A stretch of 64,000 bases of DNA. It comes from Phycisphaerae bacterium. Its GTDB lineage: Bacteria > Planctomycetota > Phycisphaerae > UBA1845 > Fen-1342. Under the pieces are notes generated by a model. That model searched no databases. It was not told where the DNA came from and saw nothing but the letters and a program-made list of their open reading frames with translations. The stretch is taken from positions 64,001 to 128,000 of the forward strand of contig JASFQK010000014.1 in assembly GCA_050115495.1 (NCBI GenBank), written 5' to 3'. Shown here in pieces: positions 1 through 10,177 of the stretch. The translations under genes were made by a program, and so were the position numbers. The number at the start of each line of letters is the position of its first letter. Positions within the stretch are counted from its first letter, which is position 1.

Positions 1-229
1 GCCCATCAGCCGACATGCCCGGAAGCGTTCCTGGCGGCGTAACTCATTGCCGCCGATTGGTTTACAGATTGGCCCCAACGGCCACAGCCAGACTCTCGTC
101 CGCGAAGCGCGGGCCGCGTTGCCATCGACGACGGTGCGTCCCGGGCTTTGCCGATGGTCACCGAGGGCCGTCCGGCGCAGCGGAGCTGCGAGCGAGTGCC
201 CGGGCGGAGAGCGCCAACAGGAGATACCC

Positions 230-3200
230 ATGTGTGATTCGAGCCTCAAGCGTGCGTTTCTGGTGGCGGTCGGGCTGATCGCGGTCACGGCCGCGGCGGT
301 CGCCGACGTCCAACAGGCCGGGGGCTATTACTACACGTACTTCGATGAGCAGATCCCGCTCGGACTGGATCCGGGGCGGGTGGCGGTGTGGATGGACGGT
401 CCGACGACGGACGCCACGCTGGCGGCGTTCGGCCTGGCCGCGGACGATCTGCGCCCGTACACCAACGACGGCTGGCAATTCGCCGAGCTGTCTGAGCCGG
501 TCCGCGACGCCACCCCGGTGCCCGTCCTGGTGCCGGCGCTGGCCAACGCGCAGGCGGCGGACTTCGTATCGCCGGTGCTGCTCGATAAGCGCGGCGACCC
601 AGTGATCATCACGCCGGTGCTGCTGATCGGGTTCGAGCCGGACCTGCCGACGACGCAGGCGGAGACGGTCCTGTCCGGGTACGTGGACGGCGAGGTTCTG
701 GAGCGTGACTGGGCGGACATGGACAACGTGTACCGCGTGCAGTGCCGGAGCCGCGACGGCTTCGAGGTCCTGGCGTTGGCGAACCTGCTGGCCGAACTGC
801 CGGAGGTGCTCTACGCCGAGCCGGACATGATCATGACCGTGCACAAGACGTTGATCCCGAACGACCCGTACTTCTCGTCGCTGTGGGGCATCCGCAACAC
901 GAGCAACGACATGGACATGGACGGTGACGAGGCCTGGGACAAGACGACGGGCTCGTCCTCGATCGTGATCGCCGTACTCGACGACGGTGTCCAGCAGAAT
1001 CACCCGGACATCAACCAGTACTCGGGGGCCGACTTCACCGGCGAGGGTTCGGGTGGCGGACCGGGGAACCAGTGTGATAACCATGGCACGGCCTGTGCCG
1101 GCTGCGTGTCCGCCATCATCAATAACAACACCGGTGTCGTGGGTATCGCGCCCGAGTGCAGGATCCGTTCGGCGAAGTGGAGTGTCTCAAACGTGCCCTG
1201 CGACGGTGCCGGGTACTATTACACGAGCTGGTTGGTAAGCGCGCTGAACTGGGCACAGAACATTGGGGCGCGCGTAACCACAAACAGCAACGGGCTGAAT
1301 CCCGCCAGCTCGGTTACCAACAAGTACAACAGCACGCGCAATGCGGGCCTGGTGCACTTCGCCGCCACCGGCAACGAGGGCAGCAGCTCCATCACGTATC
1401 CGGCCAGCCTCTCCTCGGTGAACGGGATCGGGGCGGTCAACAGCAACGGCAACCGGGCCTCCTTCAGCAACTACGGCACGGGCATCGCCTTCGTGGCTCC
1501 CGGCGTCAACATCCGCACGACCGACCGCACGGGCAGCTCCGGTTACGAATACGGTGACTACGCCTGGGTGGACGGCACGTCTTTCTCGTCGCCGTACGCC
1601 GCCGGCGTGGCTGCGCTGGTGCTCTCGATGGACAACTCGCTGACGCCGGCCCTGGTCGAGCAAGCGCTGTACAACACCTGCATGGACCGTGGGTCCAGCG
1701 GGTACGACACCGTGTACGGCTACGGCATCGTCAACGCCCGGGCGGCGGTCGATTACGTCGACAACACGCAGTACTACACGCTTACGATCAACACGAGCGG
1801 CCAGGGCAGCGTGACGCTGGATCCGTCCGGGGGAATCTACGCCTCCGGCACGAGCGTCCAGCTCACCGCCGAGCCCACGTACGGTTGGGTCTTCGACCAC
1901 TGGGAGGGCTCGCTGAGCGGCTCGTCCAACCCGGCGTCGATCACGATGAACAGCAACAAGACGGTCACGGCGGTCTTCGTGGAAGAGGTGTACACACTGA
2001 CCGCCATGACCCAGGGCAGCGGGACCATCACGCTCGATCCGCCCGGCGGCGCGTATCCCGTGGGCACAGTCGTGCAGTTGATGGCGCGGCAGGATATCGG
2101 CTGGCACTTCGACCACTGGTCGGGCCACCTGGATGGCTCGGGCAACCCCGAGTATCTAACGATGGACGGCGACAAAACGGTTGTTGCCGTCTTCGAGGAA
2201 ACCAGCTACTTCATCTCGATCACGATCGAGGGCCAGGGCAGCGTGACGCTCGATCCGCCGGGCGGCACGTACGCGTTCGGCACCGTCGTGGAACTCACGG
2301 CGGAAGGCGAATCCGGTTGGGTCTTCGATCACTGGGCAGGCGCGCTGAGCGGGGCGGAGAATCCGAAGTCGATCACGGTGAACGGTAACAAGCTGATCAC
2401 CGCGGTCTTCGTCGAGGAGCAGCAGCAGTACACGCTGACGGTCAACGTCACCGGCAATGGCGACGTGACACTCAACCCGCCGGGCGGTACGTACGACTCC
2501 GGCACGACCGTGCAGTTGACCGCGGATGCAGACGCGGATTGGTCGTTCGATCACTGGGAAGGAGCGCTCAGCGGCGCCACGAATCCGACGACGATCTACA
2601 TGGACAGCGACAAGACGGTCACCGCTGTCTTCGAGCCGACGAACGACTGCAACGGCAACGGCGTACCCGACGAGGACGACCTGTCCGCCGGCACGAGCTA
2701 TGACTGCAACGGCAACGGCATTCCGGACGAGTGCGATATCGGCGGCATCAGCCTGGACTGCAACACCAACGGCGTCCCTGATGAGTGCGAACTCGGCAGC
2801 GTCAGCGGCCTGGCGGCGGCGTACTACGACGGCGTGAGCCTCAGCGGGACGGTGCACGGCCGCGTGGATGCCACGGTTGACTTCAACTGGGCCAGTGGTG
2901 AGGCGTGGTCGGGCCTCGGCGTCGACACGTTCAGCGTTCGCTGGACCGGCTGGGTGCATACGCCGGCAGCCGCCGGGACGTACACGTTCTACACCACGAC
3001 CGACGACGGTGTGCGGTTGTGGGTCGGCGGGCAACTGCTGATCGACCAGTGGATCGACCAGTCGGCCACCGAGTGGTCGGGGACGATCAGCCTCGAAGCC
3101 GACGAGGACTACCGGCTGGTGATGGAGTACTACGAGAACGGCGGCAGCGCGGTGGCCGAGCTGCGCTGGGAGCCACCGGGAATGTCGAAGGTGATCATCC

Positions 3201-3526
3201 CGTCGTCGAACCTGGCCGCCGGCCGGGACTGCAACGAGAACGGTGTGCCGGACGCATGTGACATCGCCGGCGGCACGAGCACCGACACGAACGGCAACGG
3301 CGTTCCGGACGAGTGCGAGGCGAGCATTCTGGTCGGCGACATCAATGGTGACGGTCTGGTGGACAACTTCGACATCAGCCCGTTCGTGTACGCCGTCACG
3401 CACAGCGAGGTGGAGTTCGTGACGCAGTACCCCGCCGGCCAATACGGGGCGGCGGATATCAACCAGGACGGGCAGGTGGATAACTTCGATATCAGCCCGT
3501 TCGTGAGCCTGCTGACCGGCGGGTAA
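230..3526 (+). CDS. Secreted S8 subtilisin-like serine protease with 4 InlB B-like repeats, DCNxNGxPDEC repeats, PA14 domain and C-terminal dockerin-like module
   Basis: AGGAG before ATG 230; signal peptide; triad motifs AVLDDG, NHGTACAG, GTSFSSP and oxyanion ATGNEG; four YTLT..G.G.VTL.P.GG.Y..GT.V.L.A...GW.FDHW.G.L repeats; PA14 FSVRWTG/TDDGVRLW; dockerin 3335-3523. Confidence 0.92.
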   Translation: MCDSSLKRAFLVAVGLIAVTAAAVADVQQAGGYYYTYFDEQIPLGLDPGRVAVWMDGPTTDATLAAFGLAADDLRPYTNDGWQFAELSEPVRDATPVPVLVPALANAQAADFVSPVLLDKRGDPVIITPVLLIGFEPDLPTTQAETVLSGYVDGEVLERDWADMDNVYRVQCRSRDGFEVLALANLLAELPEVLYAEPDMIMTVHKTLIPNDPYFSSLWGIRNTSNDMDMDGDEAWDKTTGSSSIVIAVLDDGVQQNHPDINQYSGADFTGEGSGGGPGNQCDNHGTACAGCVSAIINNNTGVVGIAPECRIRSAKWSVSNVPCDGAGYYYTSWLVSALNWAQNIGARVTTNSNGLNPASSVTNKYNSTRNAGLVHFAATGNEGSSSITYPASLSSVNGIGAVNSNGNRASFSNYGTGIAFVAPGVNIRTTDRTGSSGYEYGDYAWVDGTSFSSPYAAGVAALVLSMDNSLTPALVEQALYNTCMDRGSSGYDTVYGYGIVNARAAVDYVDNTQYYTLTINTSGQGSVTLDPSGGIYASGTSVQLTAEPTYGWVFDHWEGSLSGSSNPASITMNSNKTVTAVFVEEVYTLTAMTQGSGTITLDPPGGAYPVGTVVQLMARQDIGWHFDHWSGHLDGSGNPEYLTMDGDKTVVAVFEETSYFISITIEGQGSVTLDPPGGTYAFGTVVELTAEGESGWVFDHWAGALSGAENPKSITVNGNKLITAVFVEEQQQYTLTVNVTGNGDVTLNPPGGTYDSGTTVQLTADADADWSFDHWEGALSGATNPTTIYMDSDKTVTAVFEPTNDCNGNGVPDEDDLSAGTSYDCNGNGIPDECDIGGISLDCNTNGVPDECELGSVSGLAAAYYDGVSLSGTVHGRVDATVDFNWASGEAWSGLGVDTFSVRWTGWVHTPAAAGTYTFYTTTDDGVRLWVGGQLLIDQWIDQSATEWSGTISLEADEDYRLVMEYYENGGSAVAELRWEPPGMSKVIIPSSNLAAGRDCNENGVPDACDIAGGTSTDTNGNGVPDECEASILVGDINGDGLVDNFDISPFVYAVTHSEVEFVTQYPAGQYGAADINQDGQVDNFDISPFVSLLTGG

Positions 3527-3557
3527 GCGGTGGTGCGCTTGCCGTTTGGCGTTAGAC

Positions 3558-3878
3558 GTCGGCCGCGGGGGGGCGACGCTACCGGATGAGCGCGTGCCGA
3601 CCCACCGGTGTGTGGCATGCTGAAGCGCAGCGCCGGCATGTCGATCGTTCGAAGTGGCGACGACATGCCCGCGCCTTGGAGCCTGGACATGCCACACTGC
3701 GTGTCGGGTGTTGTGAGCGAGAGACGTTCGCTTCTGGGGCGATCGAAGAGCACTGCTCAAAAGCAGTGGCACACCGTGGGGGTTGTCGGGGTTCGACGTC
3801 GGCCGCGGGGGGCCGACGCTACGGCGTGGATCGTGCGATTCCCCGTATTCGACGGCCGGCACGGAGCCCGGACGCTAC
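3558..3878. repeat. Mosaic REP/BIME-like cluster 1
   Basis: GTCGGCCGCGGGGGG(G/C)CGACGCTAC at 3558-3582 and 3798-3822; GTGGCATG..CATGT types at 3612-3641 and 3663-3695; CACTGCTCAAAAGCAGTGGCACAC 3751-3774; GGCCGGCACGGAGCCCGGACGCTAC 3854-3878; all recur elsewhere in the window. Confidence 0.85.
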
Positions 3879-3968
3879 CCGACGGGGCGAAGCGGGTTTA
3901 AGATATGCCGTGCGGGCTGCGTTCGGCGACGGCGGCCCGGTCGCACCGCGGTTGCGGAGGCGCTCGGC

Positions 3969-4478
3969 ATGCAGATCCCCTCCGATTTCGACACGGCCAT
4001 CAGACGGAAATACCCCGAGGGCGTGGCCATCGTCATTGCTAAGGACCCCGACGGAAAACACAACCCCATCACCCTCTGCTGGGTCATGCGCACGTCGCTC
4101 GACCCGCCGATGCTGGCCATCTCCATCGGATTGGCGCGGCACTCGCTGTCCGCCATCCGCCACGCCCGTGAATTCGTCGTCGCCATCCTCGCCAGCGACA
4201 TGGCCGAGGACGCCCTCTTCCACGGCACGAAGTCCGGACGCGATCTCGACAAGCTGGCGGCGGCGGGCACCAAGATCCAGCCGGCCACCGTCATCGACAG
4301 CGTGCTGCTGGCCGACGCCGTAGCGAACTTCGAGTGTCGGGTCGAAGGCGAACTGCACACCGGCGACCACGTCATCTTCGCCGGCCGCGTCGTCGCCGCC
4401 CACCAGAGCACCAATCCCGAAGCACGCGGGCTATACGCCCTGGGCAATGATCAGTTCGGCGGGGTCGTGGCCCGTTGA
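3969..4478 (+). CDS. Flavin reductase family protein
   Basis: GGAGG RBS before ATG 3969; S.DPPMLAISI, G.KSGRD.DK and C-terminal GDHVIF.GRV motifs. Confidence 0.88.
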   Translation: MQIPSDFDTAIRRKYPEGVAIVIAKDPDGKHNPITLCWVMRTSLDPPMLAISIGLARHSLSAIRHAREFVVAILASDMAEDALFHGTKSGRDLDKLAAAGTKIQPATVIDSVLLADAVANFECRVEGELHTGDHVIFAGRVVAAHQSTNPEARGLYALGNDQFGGVVAR

Positions 4479-4529
4479 GCGTGAGCCCGGCGCTGGACGG
4501 AACCGCCGGAATGGGGTATCAGGCGCTGG

Positions 4530-6128
4530 ATGTTGGCCAGCCTGCTTGAATCTGTGCGCGTCGAACATCCGGCGGGAATCCTCGCCGTGCTGCTGGGTGT
4601 GCTGGCCGTCATCTTCTGGCTGGTACAACATGCCGTCTTCGGGCGGATCTTCAAGGTCGTGCCTGCGCTCGTCTTCTGCTACTTCGTACCCACGGCCCTG
4701 ACGACCGCCGGCATCCTGCCCGCCGAATCCCCGCTGTATAGCTGGATCAAGAGCTTCGTGCTGCCGGCGGCGTTGTTGCTGCTGATTCTGGCGCTGGACC
4801 TGCCGGGGATCATGCGGCTGGGTCCGAAGGCACTGATCATGGTGCTGGCGGGCACAACGGGCGTCGTGCTGGGTGGGCCGCTGGCGCTGTGGATCTGCCG
4901 GGGGCTGCTGCCGGCGAACGCCTGGCAGGGAATGACGGCACTGGCGGGAAGCTGGATCGGCGGCGGAGCGAACTTCGTGGCGCTGGGCGATATCGCCGGC
5001 GCGTCGAGCACGATGATGGCCATCATGGTGGTGCCGGACGTACTGGTGGCCAACATCTGGATGGGCGTGCTGCTGTACCTGTCCGCACACCAGCATCGCA
5101 TCGACGGCTGGACCGGGGCGAACGCCCAGGCCATCCGCGAACTCGAGCGGCGGCTGAGCGACTTCCAGGAGCGGGTCCGGCGTGTGACCACCCTGCCCGA
5201 TCTGATGATGATCGTGGCCCTGGGTTTCGTCGTGAGCTGGGTGAGCTACGTGGGCGGACAGAAGCTGTTCGCGACGACGTCCGGCGTGGTACGTGAGGTG
5301 GGTCACCGGACGCTGAGCGCTCCCGGAGTAATGGACGACATCCCGCTGCGCGACGTGCGGCACATGCTCGATGCCGCCTTCGAGGCCGATGTAGACGTGC
5401 TGGCCGCCGGGCCCACGGTGCACACACTGGGTTACGGTGCGTGCCGGCTGACGGCGGAGTGTCCGGTCTTCAACGTCGGCGACACGATCTACGAGACGCA
5501 CGAAGACGTGATCCGCGAGGCGGCAACGGCGGTCTTCGCCGAGCCGTCGACGTTCGCCGCGCTCGACGTAATGGACATCGTGCACGGTATCGACGTGGCT
5601 GAGCGGGCAGTGCCGAGCGTGGTGGCAGCGGCGCGGTCCGGAAGCACGTGGTACCCCATCGGGCGGTTTCTCAGCGAAACGCTCGGGGCCTCGACGTGGA
5701 AGTACGTGCTGGTGACGACCATCGGCATTCTGCTGTCGCTGACCGCCGCACGCAACCTGGAGGGGGCAGGCGCCTCGCGCGTCGGCTCCGTGCTGCTCTA
5801 CCTGCTGGTGGCGTGCATCGGCGCATCGGCGAACTTCCAGGAGGTTCTGAAACAGCCGGCGTTTTTCCTGATGGGCTTCGTGTGGATGTCGGTGCACATC
5901 GCCTTCATCCTGGGCGTGGGCTACCTGATCCGGGCGCCGATCTTCTTCGTCGCCGTCGGCTCTCAGGCGAATATCGGCGGGGCGGCGAGTGCCCCGGTCG
6001 TGGCGGCAGCGTATCATCCATCTCTGGCGCCGGTCGGGGCGCTGCTGGCGATCCTGGGGTATGTGCTGGGGACGTACGCCGGCCTGGTGTGCATGCACAT
6101 GCTGAAGGCGGTGGCCGGCGCGAGCTAG
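4530..6128 (+). CDS. DUF819-family multi-pass membrane protein with a soluble insertion
   Basis: GSWIGGGANFVA and SQANIGGAASAPVVAAAY motifs; about 11-12 hydrophobic segments. Confidence 0.82.
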   Translation: MLASLLESVRVEHPAGILAVLLGVLAVIFWLVQHAVFGRIFKVVPALVFCYFVPTALTTAGILPAESPLYSWIKSFVLPAALLLLILALDLPGIMRLGPKALIMVLAGTTGVVLGGPLALWICRGLLPANAWQGMTALAGSWIGGGANFVALGDIAGASSTMMAIMVVPDVLVANIWMGVLLYLSAHQHRIDGWTGANAQAIRELERRLSDFQERVRRVTTLPDLMMIVALGFVVSWVSYVGGQKLFATTSGVVREVGHRTLSAPGVMDDIPLRDVRHMLDAAFEADVDVLAAGPTVHTLGYGACRLTAECPVFNVGDTIYETHEDVIREAATAVFAEPSTFAALDVMDIVHGIDVAERAVPSVVAAARSGSTWYPIGRFLSETLGASTWKYVLVTTIGILLSLTAARNLEGAGASRVGSVLLYLLVACIGASANFQEVLKQPAFFLMGFVWMSVHIAFILGVGYLIRAPIFFVAVGSQANIGGAASAPVVAAAYHPSLAPVGALLAILGYVLGTYAGLVCMHMLKAVAGAS

Positions 6129-6179
6129 ACGCGGGAATGACGGGCGACATCCGGCGGGCGGAAACGAAAGGGATCAGCG

Positions 6180-7340
6180 ATGATGCGGCGAATTGGACGG
6201 GACTGGGCGTTTGGATGGGGCCTGATGGCGACGGTCATCGCCGGGGTGCTGCTGCTGGGGCTGTCCGCCTGTGACCGGCAGCCGGAGAAGCCGGCACCGA
6301 TCCCCTTCTCACCGACCTCGGCCCCGGCCGCCAGTCCGCACGCACCCGTTGTGAAGCTCACACCGGCGATGACCGCGCGGGCCGCCGAGCCGGCCGGCAT
6401 TCCCACCGGCCTGTTCATCGACCGTCCCGAGCCCGGCGACCTGCGGGTCATGTCGTACAACATTCACTGGGACGACATCTTCCCCGACGTCAACGCCGAC
6501 TGCGCCGAGAAGTTCCAGCGCGTCGTGAAGGCCCTGGCGCCTGACGTGCTCGCCCTCCAGGAGATCGGCGACAGGCACCGCACGCCGCAGAAAGACGGCG
6601 CGGACGTCAAGGCCCTGATGGACGCCATCGACCCGCGTCCCGGCGGCGAGACGTGGCACGTTTTCAAGGGGCACAGCAACGTCATCGTCAGCCGGTACCC
6701 GCTCAGCCATACCAGCGATCACACCGTCCCCGGCGCGTACCGCGACCCGGCGTGCGCCCTGGTCGATCTGCCGGACGAGCGTTTCGCCTTCGACCTGTAT
6801 GTCCTGAATAACCACTTCAAGTGCTGTAGCCGCCAGGGTGACCAGAAGAAGCGCCAGGCTCAGGCCGATGCCCTGGTTAACTGGATCCGCGACGCCCGCA
6901 CGCCCGGCGGCGAGATCGACCTGCTGGAGGGCACGCCGATCATCCTGGTCGGCGACTTTAACCTGGTCGAGGGCCTCGAACCGCTGAACACGATCCTCAG
7001 TGGCGACATTTCCGACAAGAAGACGTACGGGCCGGACTTCGTCCCGGACTGGGACGACTCCGAGCTGACGGCGGCCCACCCTCTGCACAACCTCATCGGG
7101 CCGGACGACTATACCTGGCGGGACGACGGCAGCGACTATCAGCCCACGCGTATGGACTGGGTCATCTACACCGACAGCCTGCTGGACGTCGCCCAGGCCT
7201 TCATCCTGAACACGACGACGCTGTCGAAGGAGGAGCTGGCCCAGGGCCGGTTGGAGCCCTACGACGTGACGCTGGACATGACGGGCGTCCATTTCGACCA
7301 CCTGCCGGTCGTCGTCGATTTTCGACCCCACCAGCCCTGA
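6180..7340 (+). CDS. Endonuclease/exonuclease/phosphatase (EEP) family lipoprotein
   Basis: Lipobox-like LSAC; MSYNI, ALQE, GDFN, RMDWV and DHLPV motifs; start uncertain. Confidence 0.85.
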   Translation: MMRRIGRDWAFGWGLMATVIAGVLLLGLSACDRQPEKPAPIPFSPTSAPAASPHAPVVKLTPAMTARAAEPAGIPTGLFIDRPEPGDLRVMSYNIHWDDIFPDVNADCAEKFQRVVKALAPDVLALQEIGDRHRTPQKDGADVKALMDAIDPRPGGETWHVFKGHSNVIVSRYPLSHTSDHTVPGAYRDPACALVDLPDERFAFDLYVLNNHFKCCSRQGDQKKRQAQADALVNWIRDARTPGGEIDLLEGTPIILVGDFNLVEGLEPLNTILSGDISDKKTYGPDFVPDWDDSELTAAHPLHNLIGPDDYTWRDDGSDYQPTRMDWVIYTDSLLDVAQAFILNTTTLSKEELAQGRLEPYDVTLDMTGVHFDHLPVVVDFRPHQP

Positions 7341-7528
7341 GGCGGGGTGGCTTGTTTGCCTCCCCGGCAGCGGGTAGATTACGAAACCCGGTTGCCTGCC
7401 TTCCGGGACGGTCTTGGCGGCGGGCATACCGGGCGTGCCACAGGCGCGTTGGCAACCATTAGACATGGTCACGTGACGGTCCGCCGCGGGCCGGTGCGGC
7501 CGTCCAATCCAGAGTGGAGTCCAAGTCC

Positions 7529-7753
7529 ATGGCAAAGTACAAGATCGAGATCGACCGGGACCTGTGCGTCGGTGATGGAGCGTGCGTCAACGAGGCGCCG
7601 CAGGCGCTCGAGATGGACGACGAGACCATCGCGGTCGTCACCAACCCCGACGGCAACACGCCGGAGGAGCTCCTCAACGCGGCGCAGGCCTGCCCCGTCG
7701 ACGCGATCAAGCTCATCGACGAGAACGGCAACCAGGTCTGGCCGGAGGCCTAG
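7529..7753 (+). CDS. Single-cluster ferredoxin (CxxDxxC...CP)
   Basis: GGAG RBS; CVGDGAC and CPVDAI. Confidence 0.92.
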   Translation: MAKYKIEIDRDLCVGDGACVNEAPQALEMDDETIAVVTNPDGNTPEELLNAAQACPVDAIKLIDENGNQVWPEA

Positions 7754-7910
7754 GCCACGACTCGGTCGGCCGGCCGGCCGGCCTCAATGAACGACGAAGT
7801 GCCCTGGGCCACAGCCGATCGAGCGGCTGTGGCCCAGATCGGTTTACCCGCGCTCCATCGGGGAGGGCGTCCTGTCTCGGGGGGCGAGTGCTCAATCGGA
7901 GGATGAATCC

Positions 7911-10040
7911 ATGTTGCGACGTGCGTTGTGGTCGCTCGTGCTGGTGTGCGGACTGGCCGCCCCTGCGGTAGCCCAGTCGGCGGATGCCCTCGATGAAGCC
8001 CTGGCCCTCGTGGGCCTCCGGCGGGCGGACCTGGGCTGGTCGCCCAAAGGCTGGTGGCCGCGTTTCCCGGCGGATATCCCGCACAAATTGCGGGCCTTCG
8101 ACGCCCTGTTCAACGAGCCGCTGGACACGGTCACCTTCACCCGCTCACTCGGCGAGACCGCCTGGGAGAAGCTCGACCCGGCTCAGCTCGACGCTGACCA
8201 GGGCCGCCACAGCCGCAACCTCTTCCAGGCCGTGCAGCGTCTCGGCATCGACCCCAAGTTCGGCGGGTTCCGGGGCTACACGGCCAATACGCTCGCCCCG
8301 CGGGTGCCGCTGGACGAGGCGATTCTCCGGCTGACCGAGGCCGCCCACGGCGCGACGCGGATCTCTACGTTCGGCATGGACCTCCCCTACCCGACGCCAC
8401 AGAAAGACCTCGCCGAGATGACCGCCCCCCTGCCGGCCGAGGTCAGCGAGATTCTGGGTCAGCTCGTGCTGAACGTCGCCGTGGCACACCACTGGGCTGA
8501 CCTGGCGTTCCGCAAGGTCGACGGGAACGACCGCCTCGTGGTCGGCACGCGGTACAACCTGACGGAAGAGATGATCGACGCGTTCGATTACTGCCCGCAG
8601 GTGGACGACGTCGCTCACTCGCTCGACGAGGCCAGCCTGTGGTACGCCGGCCAGCAGTGCGTACAGGCGCTGGACGATACCCGGGTGGCGCTCGCGGCTC
8701 TGGAGCTCGAAGAAACGCCGGTGTGCGCGGTGGATTGGCGAACGCCGTGGGGTTGGATCCACGTTCACGGCGGCGGCGACGATCAGATCGACGGCACCGA
8801 CGCCCTGCTGATCGTCGACCTCGGCGGTAACGACCAGTACACCGGCGGCGTCGCGGCCAGCACGCCGGACCGACCGCTCGGCCTGCTGCTGGATATGGGC
8901 GGGAACGACCGCTACGCGTCCACGGTGCCCGCGATGGGGGCCGGGCTATGTGGTGCGGGCATCCTGCTCGACGCCGGCGGAAACGATACGTACGACGCCG
9001 AACGCGTGGCACAGGGTGCCGGGCAGTTCGGCCTGGGCGTTCTGGCTGACCTCGGCGGCGACGACCGCTACAACATGAAATACTGCGGGCAGGGTGCCGG
9101 CTACTTCGGCGTCGGCCTGCTGTTCGATTGTGCCGGCACCGACACGTACAACCTCTATGCCGACGGGCAGGGGTTCGGCGGCGCGGCGGGCGTGGGTGTC
9201 CTGGCCGATCGCACGGGCAACGATCGTTACACCGCGGAACGGAAGAACTCGGTGACCCGCCGGCCGTCGTATCACTCGCCGGAACTGGACGTCGGCGTGT
9301 CGAACTGCCAGGGCACGGGCGCGGGCCGCCGCGGCGATGGCTCCGACGGGCACTCCTGGGCCGGTGGGCTCGGCGCTCTGCTCGACGGTGAGGGCGACGA
9401 CGTCTACACCGCCGGCAACTGGGCGATGGGCACCGGCTACTGGTACGGCATCGGCGTGCTGCACGATCGTAGCGGCAACGACGAGTACCACGGCGTGGTT
9501 TATTCGCAAGGCACCGGGGCCCACTTCTGCATCGGGGCCTGCATCGACGAGGCCGGCGACGACAAGCATCTCGCCGAGGAGAACTCGCACAGCTCCATCG
9601 CCTGGGCCCACGATTTCACGATCGGCATCCTGCTCGACGTGGCGGGCGACGACCTGTACCACGTGAATCGCGGCGGGCTGGGCTACTCCGTCAACCGCAG
9701 TGTGGCTCTGTTCATGGACCTGGCCGGCGACGACCGCTACGAAAGCGTCGAGATCGAACGGCCGGGCTACGCCTTGAATAGCGAAGCCTTCCGGGCCCGG
9801 GGTGGCGTCGGCACGTACTTCGCCGACACGACCTCGCTCGGCCTGTTCCTGGACGTCGGCGGCGCGGATTCGTACTGGTCGGACGAGTTCGGCGACAACC
9901 GGCAGTGGCTGGACCCGGCCGACTCGCCCAACTGGGCCGACCGGAACTTCAGCGTCGGCGTGGACCGGGCCGAGGGCACGGTGAGCTTCACGCCGCGGCC
10001 GGTGAAGGTGCCGACGGGGCCTACCCCGGCGGTGCCCTAA
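7911..10040 (+). CDS. Secreted hypothetical protein with tandem Gly-rich DxxGxDxY repeats
   Basis: GGAGG RBS; signal peptide ending AVA; about 11 L.D..G.D.Y repeats in the C-terminal half. Confidence 0.8.
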   Translation: MLRRALWSLVLVCGLAAPAVAQSADALDEALALVGLRRADLGWSPKGWWPRFPADIPHKLRAFDALFNEPLDTVTFTRSLGETAWEKLDPAQLDADQGRHSRNLFQAVQRLGIDPKFGGFRGYTANTLAPRVPLDEAILRLTEAAHGATRISTFGMDLPYPTPQKDLAEMTAPLPAEVSEILGQLVLNVAVAHHWADLAFRKVDGNDRLVVGTRYNLTEEMIDAFDYCPQVDDVAHSLDEASLWYAGQQCVQALDDTRVALAALELEETPVCAVDWRTPWGWIHVHGGGDDQIDGTDALLIVDLGGNDQYTGGVAASTPDRPLGLLLDMGGNDRYASTVPAMGAGLCGAGILLDAGGNDTYDAERVAQGAGQFGLGVLADLGGDDRYNMKYCGQGAGYFGVGLLFDCAGTDTYNLYADGQGFGGAAGVGVLADRTGNDRYTAERKNSVTRRPSYHSPELDVGVSNCQGTGAGRRGDGSDGHSWAGGLGALLDGEGDDVYTAGNWAMGTGYWYGIGVLHDRSGNDEYHGVVYSQGTGAHFCIGACIDEAGDDKHLAEENSHSSIAWAHDFTIGILLDVAGDDLYHVNRGGLGYSVNRSVALFMDLAGDDRYESVEIERPGYALNSEAFRARGGVGTYFADTTSLGLFLDVGGADSYWSDEFGDNRQWLDPADSPNWADRNFSVGVDRAEGTVSFTPRPVKVPTGPTPAVP

Positions 10041-10071
10041 GGACCGGTAATCACTACCTGGCGAGTCCGCT

Positions 10072-10100
10072 TTGACAGGCGCCCTGGTTTGCCAAACAAT
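10072..10100 (+). promoter_or_regulatory. Sigma70-like promoter for the OPT gene
   Basis: TTGACA-17 nt-AACAAT. Confidence 0.5.
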
Positions 10101-10177
10101 GGCGGATGTTGGCGCGGTTGGACGGCGGGCGCGCCAGTGGCGTACATCTGGCCCGGACCCGACTGGGTGGAGCGCGC

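Noticed and set aside
38..66. Imperfect dyad CGTAACTCATTG..GATTGGTTTACAG upstream of the S8 protease
   Set aside because: Single weak copy with no clear match upstream of the other dockerin genes.
3558..3878. CRISPR array (also considered for 33786-33982 and 60483-60751)
   Set aside because: Repeats are heterogeneous, irregularly spaced and mixed in orientation, with no cas genes; they fit REP mosaics.
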